From assembly GCA_002811645.1 (NCBI GenBank), contig PDIP01000103.1, positions 18,563-82,562 on the forward strand: 64,000 bases of DNA. The letters are read 5' to 3'. This DNA comes from Corallochytrium limacisporum Hawaii (Eukaryota; Protista; Pluriformea). The position numbers and the translations under genes were made by a program. Below, piece by piece: positions 56,359 to 64,000 of this stretch (its first letter is position 1; every line of letters starts with the position of its first letter). The notes beneath the pieces are model-generated. The model did no database searches and was not told the origin of the DNA. It was given only the letters and a program-made list of their open reading frames with translations.

Positions 56359-56479
56359 TGCATTGTCCGGGACTTCCGTCTATAGAAGGAGTATTCGCAT
56401 ACTCAAGCATTCGTTTTCAGATATCGAACCCGGGTCACCCGCGTGGCAGGCGAGTATCATACCACTAGACCAACAATGC
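56359..56479 (-). tRNA. tRNA-Gly(GCC), 71 nt mature, with a 50-nt intron in the T-loop (exons 56479-56423 and 56372-56359)
   Basis: Minus strand: GCATTGT-TG-GTCT-AGTGGTA-TGAT-A-CTCGC-CT[GCC]AC-GCGGG-TGAC-CCGGG-TTCGAT-[50 nt]-T-CCCGG-ACAATGC-A, then CGC and a long T run. The acceptor (7 bp), anticodon and T stems all pair. Anticodon at 56447-56445. Confidence 0.93.
56373..56422 (-). other. Non-canonical tRNA intron (position 59/60) bounded by a bulge-helix-bulge motif
   Basis: CCGGG/CCCGG helix, AGU bulge, UUCG/CGGA 4-bp central helix, AUA bulge, UCUG/UAGA helix. Internal hairpin GAGUAU-GCGA-AUACUC. Confidence 0.88.
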
Positions 56480-56803
56480 TACACGCTTTGAGTGTACCAC
56501 TATTAGGTGAAAGAGAGGGGCGAAAATATAATATATAAAATACTGGTGTGGCACGAGATGGAGAATTGTATAGTGAATGTACTGGATTGCCTAGTTAAGA
56601 AGAACGGTAGGTCGGTCGCACCCAAGGAGGTCCGGTCAATCCAGACACAGGCAGGGGTGCCCGGCAAGCCCACCCACACCCCGGAGCCCCGAACCTGGGG
56701 GATCATGGTCCTCGTGCACATCGCCACACCCAAGCTGTTACGAATACTGGAGTTTTTGCCGCAGTTAACATATACAGTATTAAATCTGCTACTACGCTAC
56801 AAT

Positions 56804-58264
56804 TTAGTTGGCATGACTGGCTGCGCCACTAAAGGCGAGGCGAGTGGATTCCTCAAGGGGTGCGATCCAATCCTCCGTGGATCCCTCCAAAGGCTTCAAG
56901 AAGATAGATGCGGACGGATTGTGTACAATTATCCACTTGCCTTTTGTCTCATACTTGGTGTGCTTGCCGATGTCGATCTCTCCAAGTGTCTTGAAGGTGG
57001 ATGGATCGCAATACATAAACCTTGGCGCATCGGTAAGGATGAAGTATCGCTTGTTACCAAAGAGTCCCCGGCGCTTCTGCATTGGCCCATGGTGCAGGAC
57101 CACCTCACCCGAAGGAATAATAGGAGCGATAGGCAGCGACTCTTGCTCCTTCAGGATTTGCTTGCGTTCTTCGCCCCGAATAATGCTGCCCTTACCAATC
57201 TCTATATCATCCTTGATTGAGGTGATTGCCGTCCCTCCTGCCCCGAAGATTATCTCCTCTGGTGCGTCCTTGTCATCCATATGATCCTGTTCGATACGAT
57301 CCAGATGCAGATCACTCTTCTGGGCATCCTCGCCGCTAACAGGAGGTAGGTATGGCCGCATCTCAGGCGGTTCTGTGCGGTGCAGGGCTCCCCATTGGAT
57401 GCCATTGAAGAACGGATGCGCCTTCAAGGCCGCGAAGCCACCACCTTCCCGCTCACTGCCCAAGCGCTTAGCTGGATCCTTGATGAGAATCTTGCTTATT
57501 AAATCCTGGGCGTTTTCCGGGAAACCATTTGGGAATTCATACTCCAGCGCTTCGACCTTCTTGAATACTCCGTATGCATGCCCCGCCGTAAACGGAGGCT
57601 TGCCAGCGATCATTTGAAACAATATACAGGCAAAGGCCCAGAGATCGCTCTCGTGCACTGTCTCCTTACCTCCGATTAATTCCGGACTGCCGTACTCCGC
57701 AGTACCGACAAAACTATTGGAGCGATCCTTTTCTGGATCTCCGGAGAGAATCTTGGCAGTGCCAAAGTCCGTAATCCGAATGTGTCTCTGTTCTGATACC
57801 AAAATGTTCTCTGGCTTCAGATCACGATGAATAATACCTACTCGGTACAGGTGCTCCAATGCCTCAACAATTTCTGCTGCGTACCACTGGGCCACACTAA
57901 GTTCAAAGCAGCCCATCTTCAGGATCCAGTCGAGCAGTTCTCCTTTGGGTGCCAGTGAGAGTACAAAGAACAGCCGGCTTTCATCTTGAAATGTGAAGTA
58001 TAGGCGCACAAAGAATGGGTGGGCTCCAATTTTTGCAAATACGTCGCGTTCAATGGTCACATACTTGATTTTCTTCTCCCGGATCACCAGGCTCTTGTTC
58101 ACAATTTTAACTGCAAACTTCCGGCCGCTACTAATTTCCTTGCATTCCTTTACCTCCGAGTAGGATCCTTCACCAAGAACATCTCCGAACTCAAAATCAG
58201 GCCTTCTTCGTTTCCGGTTCGGGCTACTGGGGGGTGGCGACGCGGGTGCGTACGCTTCAGCCAT
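56804..58264 (-). CDS. PDPK1: 3-phosphoinositide-dependent protein kinase 1 (AGC kinase + C-terminal PH domain), 486 aa
   Basis: DFEFG..LGEGSYS, IREKKIKYVTIERD, HPFFVRLYFTFQD, HRDLKPENIL, ITDFGTAK, RSNSFVGTAEY; PH-like KRRGLFGNKRYFILTD.PRF.Y.DP. Confidence 0.95.
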   Translation of the reverse strand: MAEAYAPASPPPSSPNRKRRRPDFEFGDVLGEGSYSEVKECKEISSGRKFAVKIVNKSLVIREKKIKYVTIERDVFAKIGAHPFFVRLYFTFQDESRLFFVLSLAPKGELLDWILKMGCFELSVAQWYAAEIVEALEHLYRVGIIHRDLKPENILVSEQRHIRITDFGTAKILSGDPEKDRSNSFVGTAEYGSPELIGGKETVHESDLWAFACILFQMIAGKPPFTAGHAYGVFKKVEALEYEFPNGFPENAQDLISKILIKDPAKRLGSEREGGGFAALKAHPFFNGIQWGALHRTEPPEMRPYLPPVSGEDAQKSDLHLDRIEQDHMDDKDAPEEIIFGAGGTAITSIKDDIEIGKGSIIRGEERKQILKEQESLPIAPIIPSGEVVLHHGPMQKRRGLFGNKRYFILTDAPRFMYCDPSTFKTLGEIDIGKHTKYETKGKWIIVHNPSASIFLKPLEGSTEDWIAPLEESTRLAFSGAASHAN

Positions 58265-59490
58265 CCTTAATTCGGAAAAGGATGCGGATCCGCGCGTACC
58301 GGGAGAGTCAATTGTACCACCACAGTCTCAGCAGCGTGCATACAGTTCAGTTTAATGAGCCAGGCTGCCGTTATACCATACCATGACCAGGCTCGTCACA
58401 TACCTCTCGACCTCCAGCACGGCCAGTACTCCAGTCCTAAGGCGATCTGCGTCCGAATGTTTACCCATTTAAGCGCAAAACCCTGCTTGGAAATGACAGT
58501 GGCAGTGGACACAGCCAGTATAGTGAAAACTGTACCCCTCCTCACTGGGCAAAGTGGGGGGGGGGGGAAGGACCATATTTAAATAGGCCCCCATCTCCGT
58601 TCGGACGGGACCCAACTCTCAGTGTGAGGTGGCAGGTGTGTGTATCGACAAACCCCACACACAGCACGCCCCGCACTCACGCACACACACACATACGCCA
58701 GCACCCCCAAGTACAAAATGGTGCGAACGACCAAAAACTTTATAGAAAGATGCAGAATACAAAGAGATTGCCCCCTTTTCTTGCCGTGCTCAATCGGGGC
58801 CCTTTGGCGTGGCCAGAGGGGTTTTGGAAGACCCGGGGACTTTGGGGTGGGGGGGGGAGGACTTTTTCCGGATTGTTTTGTTCCCCCCTCCCCTCCCCCC
58901 CACTTCGTGGAGACGAGACACCGAATTTGTACGTACCAATTGATTTGTGGCCACTACGGACATGGTTTTTGTCCGCAGCATCTGTGTAAACGGTAGCAGT
59001 GCGCGAGGTCAGCCAGCGCGCTTTAACATGTTGTTTAGACGTTTACCGTCTGTATGTACTGACTGGTCGACAGTGTTGCACGGTCGAAGACACAAGGACG
59101 GCTGTCACGCACACACATCCGCGGTGAGAAACCACGGGCCCTGCTTCGTGTGCAAAGGGGGGGGAGAGCTGAGGAGAGATTTTGCCCCCGTGCACCCCCC
59201 CGGGCCACAATGGCCGCACCATCCCAGGCTTTCAATTAACTTTTTTTTCTTCGGGGCTTCGGGTGCTCGTGCTGCGCAGGTACTCTCACTATAGCACTCT
59301 GTCCCTGCCCGGTCCCGGCGGGCGGCCGGTGGTGGGGTGGTTGGACCGGGGGCCCGCTCCCGGGTCCCGAGTTGCTTCAGTATGGGAGCCCGCAGCGGTG
59401 GTGGTAGTGGAAGTACCGCCTACCCTGCGGGTCTCATTCGCCCGGTCTCTGGACTTCGTCTCAGGTGCTCTCTCCCCCTTCCTCTCTCTT

Positions 59491-59590
59491 TCAGCTCTCT
59501 CAGCTCTCTCAGCTCTCTCAGCTCTCTCAGCTCTCTCAGCTCTCTCAGCTCTCTCAGCTCTCTCAGCTCTCTCAGCTCTCTCTCTCTCTC
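59491..59590. repeat. Tandem 9-mer (TCAGCTCTC)x10 running into (CT)n
   Basis: Read directly; lies between the divergent PDK1 and sphingosine kinase genes. Confidence 0.96.
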
Positions 59591-60269
59591 GCTGTCCTCC
59601 CCCGACTTCGTTCCCTGCTCTCCTCCCCCTTCGCTTTCGCCTAACACTGCCTTCTTTTGGCGGTTGACTTTTCTGGGTTCGTCAGTACATTTTTTGGTCT
59701 CAAGTTGACCCGAAAAGGGGCGGAGCTGGCAGGGCAGCCCAAGAGGCAGGCCAACTTTGCCGGAAAAAACCTTCCGTATGCGCTTCCTTTCGGTTCCTTT
59801 ATTCATTTCCTCTTTTTTCCGCAGCAAAGGCGAGTAGAAAAAGTACCGGCGAAGGGAGAGCCCATCGCTGCTTCCCTCCAAAGGGGAGGGGGTCGGCGGA
59901 GCGGGTTACCACGCGCATTGGCTGGCTGCCGCTGGTGCCCAGACGAGAGGCGGCGATCCGCAGCAGGCCAAGGATCAAACCGGGGATGCGTTGGTGTTGC
60001 CATCTATGTTGCACTGGTTTATTGATTGTGACAAGATATCATCAGGCTGGCAGATGTATATTGTGACTCATTCGGCCCAAAAGAAAGGGCACTGTGAAGG
60101 TAGATCCAATGGTACATGTCTGTACAATGTTCACTGGCGATCCGGCTGCGTCAACGCTTGCATGCACAACGGCTGTCAGACAAGACTATGTTTTGACATG
60201 TACTTCAGCTGTGCCATTAGTCAATTCATCAGCAGTGGAAACTACTACGTTCGCAATTTATAACCAGGT

Positions 60270-61835
60270 ATGTCGCTGACCGAGCTTCATCAGAAGCTCG
60301 GTGAGGTCCACGAGGAGGTGGATGTGGTCGCTCTTTCGCGTTTTGTCAAGGACAATGTGACCCTGAGATTGCACGAGCGAGGTGTCTCTTGGCAGAAGAT
60401 TGGCAACAAGGCCACCAAGAAAGCCAAGGCAGTGAAGCTGCTACTTATCTATGATGTGATCAATTCTGGGAACGGAATCGTTAAAGTGTGCTATGGCGAA
60501 TTCGATAACAAGCGCACAAATAGCTCGCTCAAGCGTCAAACGCAAGATTTTGACTTCCGGCTGGCAGCCACAGCAGAAACGTGGACTGAGCTCCTCACAA
60601 ATTCTATGCGCAAGAGTGTCAGCGAGGGAGGAAAGCCTACCAAGGACCGTAACATTCTCATCTTTGTCAACCCCAATAGTGGAAAACGTCTCGCAGAGAA
60701 GTCATGGACGGAGGTTGTGGAACCAATGCTCAATAGTTTGGGCTGTAATTATGTCATGCATCGTACTCAACAGTTGGGATGGGCTGAAAAGTTTTTGCAA
60801 GATGAGGACCAGTGCCCGAACCTGCTTGAGTACGACACTATCATGTGCGTTAGCGGTGACGGGGTGGGCTACGAAGTAATCAACGGTTTGCTAAACCGAT
60901 CGAACTGGCGGGAATGTGCGAAGCGGATCAGCTTAGCGCTCATCCCTTGTGGCTCTGGCAATGGCATTTGCATGAGCTTGGGTCACCCCGATGTGTTTAG
61001 CGCCTGTTTATGGGGCTTGAAGGGCGCTCCGCGGGCAATGGATATCATGGCCTGGCGCCAATCGACTAAGGAGGAGGATACTGTCGTATTCCCTTCCGAA
61101 GCGGAAACCAAGAAGACGTCAAAGGCCTTTGATTATAGTACAGATGAGTTGTTAACGATTCCGGACCATGGAGATGCGGTTCGCTTTGCTGCCTTGGCCA
61201 TGTACTGGACCGCAATTGCGGACATTGACATTGAGAGTGAGAAGCTGCGGGCACTCGGACCTGCTCGATTCACCGTTGGCGCACTGACTTGCGTGATGAA
61301 GAACCGATTATATGAGGGTACATTGCACCTTACGCCGGAGGAGCTGCCGGAACTTGAGGGCGTGGAGGATGTGGATACTATCAAGAACTCCGAGAACGGC
61401 ACCCGCCCGGCCACACCTTACCTGGATCGCATCAACTGGAAGGCAGATGATGGATTCCAGTGGAACGAAGTCGTGGAGGGTCCCTTCAATTACCTGACAG
61501 CCATGAATGCGCCGTGGGCATCAACCGGTTATCATGCAGTCCCCGGCAGTACTATGACGGATGGTTTGATTGGCGTCGGGTACTGCCGCCGCGACGAGAC
61601 CACCCGTGGTGGTCTCACGAAAGTCCTCGTTAGTGGCGAAAAGGGAAAGCAGGTTTCCCTACCCTTCTTTCACAGCATCAAGACGCGAGCATTGAAGTTA
61701 AAGATTGTCAGTCCCGGCAGCCTCGTACTGGACATTGATGGTGAGCGTGTCCCATACCGTAGCATGGCCATGGAGGCGCTACCTAAGCTCATGACCGTCT
61801 ACGGCAACCCCAAAGACAAGACCTTCACCAGTTGA
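60270..61835 (+). CDS. Sphingosine / long-chain-base kinase (DAGK catalytic fold), 521 aa
   Basis: IFVNPNSGK, VSGDG..YEVING, IPCGSGNG, ADIDIESEKLRALGPARFT and DIDGE motifs. Confidence 0.93.
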   Translation: MSLTELHQKLGEVHEEVDVVALSRFVKDNVTLRLHERGVSWQKIGNKATKKAKAVKLLLIYDVINSGNGIVKVCYGEFDNKRTNSSLKRQTQDFDFRLAATAETWTELLTNSMRKSVSEGGKPTKDRNILIFVNPNSGKRLAEKSWTEVVEPMLNSLGCNYVMHRTQQLGWAEKFLQDEDQCPNLLEYDTIMCVSGDGVGYEVINGLLNRSNWRECAKRISLALIPCGSGNGICMSLGHPDVFSACLWGLKGAPRAMDIMAWRQSTKEEDTVVFPSEAETKKTSKAFDYSTDELLTIPDHGDAVRFAALAMYWTAIADIDIESEKLRALGPARFTVGALTCVMKNRLYEGTLHLTPEELPELEGVEDVDTIKNSENGTRPATPYLDRINWKADDGFQWNEVVEGPFNYLTAMNAPWASTGYHAVPGSTMTDGLIGVGYCRRDETTRGGLTKVLVSGEKGKQVSLPFFHSIKTRALKLKIVSPGSLVLDIDGERVPYRSMAMEALPKLMTVYGNPKDKTFTS

Positions 61836-62195
61836 CAATTAGCGGCATCACAGGCCGATGGACAAAGTACGTCCACCACCTACTCGGAAAGCTCCCTAGG
61901 AGTTTCTGAGACCGGTAGTAGAGGGTCTCTGTCCTCGGACGGCCGAGATAGTTCAAGCTGCACCGCCGTGGAGGTCGTGGCTGAGAAACAGGACCCTATA
62001 CAACTACTAAAGGGCTGGGTGGAAGGTCTGTTGGATGCCATACTCTGGGCAGTGTTGGACTACCTATTCGTTTCCATTATGAGTGTCGCCATTGCCGTGC
62101 TGAAAGTGTTCAGTCGCCATGCAAACGGGGGCCCACGAGTGGCCATGCAGCAAAACCGAATAGCCGAACTTGAATTCCCGATTAGGAACCGATAA
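61836..62195 (+). CDS. Putative stop-codon-readthrough extension of sphingosine kinase (119 aa, Ser-rich linker + hydrophobic segment)
   Basis: In frame with 60270-61835 and stop-free to TAA at 62193-62195. The stop context is TGA-CAA-TTA. Confidence 0.6.
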   Translation, partial: QLAASQADGQSTSTTYSESSLGVSETGSRGSLSSDGRDSSSCTAVEVVAEKQDPIQLLKGWVEGLLDAILWAVLDYLFVSIMSVAIAVLKVFSRHANGGPRVAMQQNRIAELEFPIRNR

Positions 62196-62304
62196 TATTG
62201 ATACAGCCAAAGGTGTGGAATTTCAACATCAAGTTTATAAGTGTCCAAACTCATTCATTTAGAATTACATCCTAGTCGTTCTTTAACTGTGTTCCTTATT
62301 GCCC

Positions 62305-63702
62305 TCATTTGCCGCTCGGCTGAATGAAGAATGCTTCGCACAATTTGCACTTCCACCGGCGTATGCCATCGCTGCGAAAGCCTTCATTGCGAAAGATGCC
62401 CGCCTGCGTCGTGCCGTCTGCATTGCACTTCGGGCACGCCGTGGGCCGCACAATCTCCGGATCGTGCATTTCGGGCATGTTCTCGAGCATCCAGTAGTGC
62501 GGCATCGCCCGGATGACATCGAAGGTCCAATCGTAATGGGGAGGTCTACCACCCTGCATCGATCCGGCATCGACGTGCAATTCCAGGCCAGTCTCTAGAC
62601 AGTCCACGAAGAATGGGTACGAAGGGAAGAGACGATAGAGCACAGCATGATTGCAATACCGCCGTACATCCTCGTCTATTTCTTGCTCTGTCTGGTCCTC
62701 TTGCAGTATCTTCTGTTGATGTCCAACAGATCTCGGTTCGCCGGCGGCGAAAATATGGCACAAGAGATGCAAGAACGCCTCGTAGGTTGACGTTTTCTTC
62801 AGATTGCGCTGCTTCCGGATCTTGAATTTGGCAGGAGCGGCGGTGGCATCAAAGCTCAGTCGAGGAATGACCTTAGGTATATGTCGTTCCATACGTCCTG
62901 CTTCCCGCCAGGTGCCATCCAACAAAATTAGACGGTAGTTGATGGCAGATGACTGTTCAGCACTGACCTGTGACGGTGTCGGCAGCTTCTGACCGTCGGC
63001 TTGCATTGCGTTCACCATGGCCGGTCGGATCATGTCGATCAATTGCTGGAGTTGCGGTGCATTGGGCTCCGAGTCCTCTGGACCATGAAGGTATACTGCG
63101 TTAGGTACCGGGAAGATCACAAAGCATCGTGTGCTACCATTGGCGGCGATCAACGGATCTCTACCTTTTGCCCTTTTCACATCATCCTGTGCGACTGTTG
63201 CAATGGCTGGTGCCAATGTGTCTGCCAGTCTCTGCATGCCGTGTGTTGTCCCCCACACGACTGTCTCTGCCCCAAAGTATTTTTGCAACAGAATGTTCGT
63301 GCTGGACGTTCGTCCGTATTCCTTGCAGTGCGTGAGCAGGAGAAGTGAGACAGTCGAATCCACCGACAGATCCATGACCGACCACGGGCCCTTCTTACTA
63401 TCAGGGGCCTTTGGCAGTGCCTTGCAGATGCACAGTCGGTGCGATTTCCAACAGTGTCGACAACGGAAGTCTTCAAACTCTCCATGGACGCGCGTCACGT
63501 TGCGTTGGGCATGTTGCGCACTCTCACTGAGCACCTCATTTACTTCTTCCTCCATGGCTACCTGCCCTGTGGGCAAGGTGCCTTTGAACCAATTCAACGC
63601 ATACTGTAGAAACCATTTGCCAACTCTGGTCTCTTTCTCCCGCGCAAAGGCTTGAGTTCCATACTTCAACATCTGATCTGCAACATCGTTTGTGGTAGCC
63701 AT
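62305..63702 (-). CDS. DTW-domain protein (tRNA-uridine aminocarboxypropyltransferase, DTWD2/TapT-like) with C-terminal zinc ribbon
   Basis: RCRHC....LCIC, LLTH.KE..R.SST, ILLDGTWREA and IRKQ....TST.EA motifs. Extra C-terminal CPKC..CKLC. Start placed at the first ATG, 63702 (MATTND). Confidence 0.85.
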   Translation of the reverse strand: MATTNDVADQMLKYGTQAFAREKETRVGKWFLQYALNWFKGTLPTGQVAMEEEVNEVLSESAQHAQRNVTRVHGEFEDFRCRHCWKSHRLCICKALPKAPDSKKGPWSVMDLSVDSTVSLLLLTHCKEYGRTSSTNILLQKYFGAETVVWGTTHGMQRLADTLAPAIATVAQDDVKRAKGRDPLIAANGSTRCFVIFPVPNAVYLHGPEDSEPNAPQLQQLIDMIRPAMVNAMQADGQKLPTPSQVSAEQSSAINYRLILLDGTWREAGRMERHIPKVIPRLSFDATAAPAKFKIRKQRNLKKTSTYEAFLHLLCHIFAAGEPRSVGHQQKILQEDQTEQEIDEDVRRYCNHAVLYRLFPSYPFFVDCLETGLELHVDAGSMQGGRPPHYDWTFDVIRAMPHYWMLENMPEMHDPEIVRPTACPKCNADGTTQAGIFRNEGFRSDGIRRWKCKLCEAFFIQPSGK

Positions 63703-64000
63703 AGTCTCATAGTCCAGACAAACCTTCCGCTGGTCACATGCTTGCTGCTCACACCGTTTCCAACCGAGTACTCCGGAAAACAAGTACAGTACACGGATCC
63801 CTGGACTTACGTCATAACCCTAAGTTCTCAGTTCCTGGATATTGAGAAATATCCTCACTTAAACAGTGTTTCCTGTACACCTGATGGGCCTGCAAAGGAT
63901 CTGTGTGGCTGATGGACCGCTTGCGGCCTGTCGCGTGTGTCCGGGAAGCCCCCAACTCCCCGGTTCGGGCGGGTGGGTGGGGGGGGGGGGGGGGGGTTGG

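Noticed and set aside
56373-56424. Reading the tRNA insertion as a U12 (ATATC..) or GT-AG spliceosomal intron
   Set aside because: The termini do not fit either class, whereas the BHB geometry restores the T-loop exactly.
59182-59881. ORFs with ELR/SAL/SSL repeats; possible CRISPR-like array
   Set aside because: A simple 9-mer tandem repeat with no spacers and no cas genes.
60094-60350. Possible alternative first exon of sphingosine kinase via CAG|GTATGT at 60268 and AAG at 60350
   Set aside because: It would be in frame, but the supposed intron reads as normal coding sequence and lacks a well-placed branch site; unsupported without cDNA.
61833-61835. Selenocysteine or genome-wide UGA reassignment
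   Set aside because: UGA ends several proteins at their expected C-termini (RPN11, Ras CAAX, MIOX terminal Trp). The site is outside the catalytic domain and I saw no SECIS.

Overview
Gene-dense, very intron-poor eukaryotic nuclear DNA. I can support 19 protein-coding genes, only two of which have clear coding-region GT-AG introns (93 and 109 nt), plus one tRNA gene. The gene set (GPS2-like, BRD7/9-like, Eps15 with DPF repeats and a UIM, p43/AIMP1, PH-domain PDK1) suggests an animal-related unicellular opisthokont, but this is inference only. Genes in order: SPFH/band-7, LMW-PTP, RPN11, BRD7/9-like with a GATA finger, inorganic pyrophosphatase, GPS2-like, XPNPEP3/ICP55, Eps15, AIMP1, NIPBL/Scc2 with a PHD finger, Ras-family GTPase, RPL32, NDUFB7, SDMT-like methyltransferase, a 2252-aa CAP-Gly protein, a MIOX-like protein, PDK1, sphingosine kinase and a DTW-domain protein. 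Intergenic DNA is rich in G/C and A/T homopolymers and CT/GA microsatellites, and there are two N gaps. Top finding: a tRNA-Gly(GCC) gene (56359-56479, minus) interrupted in its T-loop (59/60) by a 50-nt intron that folds into a canonical archaeal-type bulge-helix-bulge. Also notable: sphingosine kinase ends in UGA-CAAUUA followed by a 119-codon in-frame extension with a hydrophobic segment, a candidate for programmed readthrough. A Ras-family gene has an in-frame post-stop extension ending in SKL. The MIOX homolog appears to have lost all six di-iron ligands. Several chromatin or tRNA-modifying proteins carry extra zinc fingers. All family calls are by eye from remembered motifs; no searches were run.
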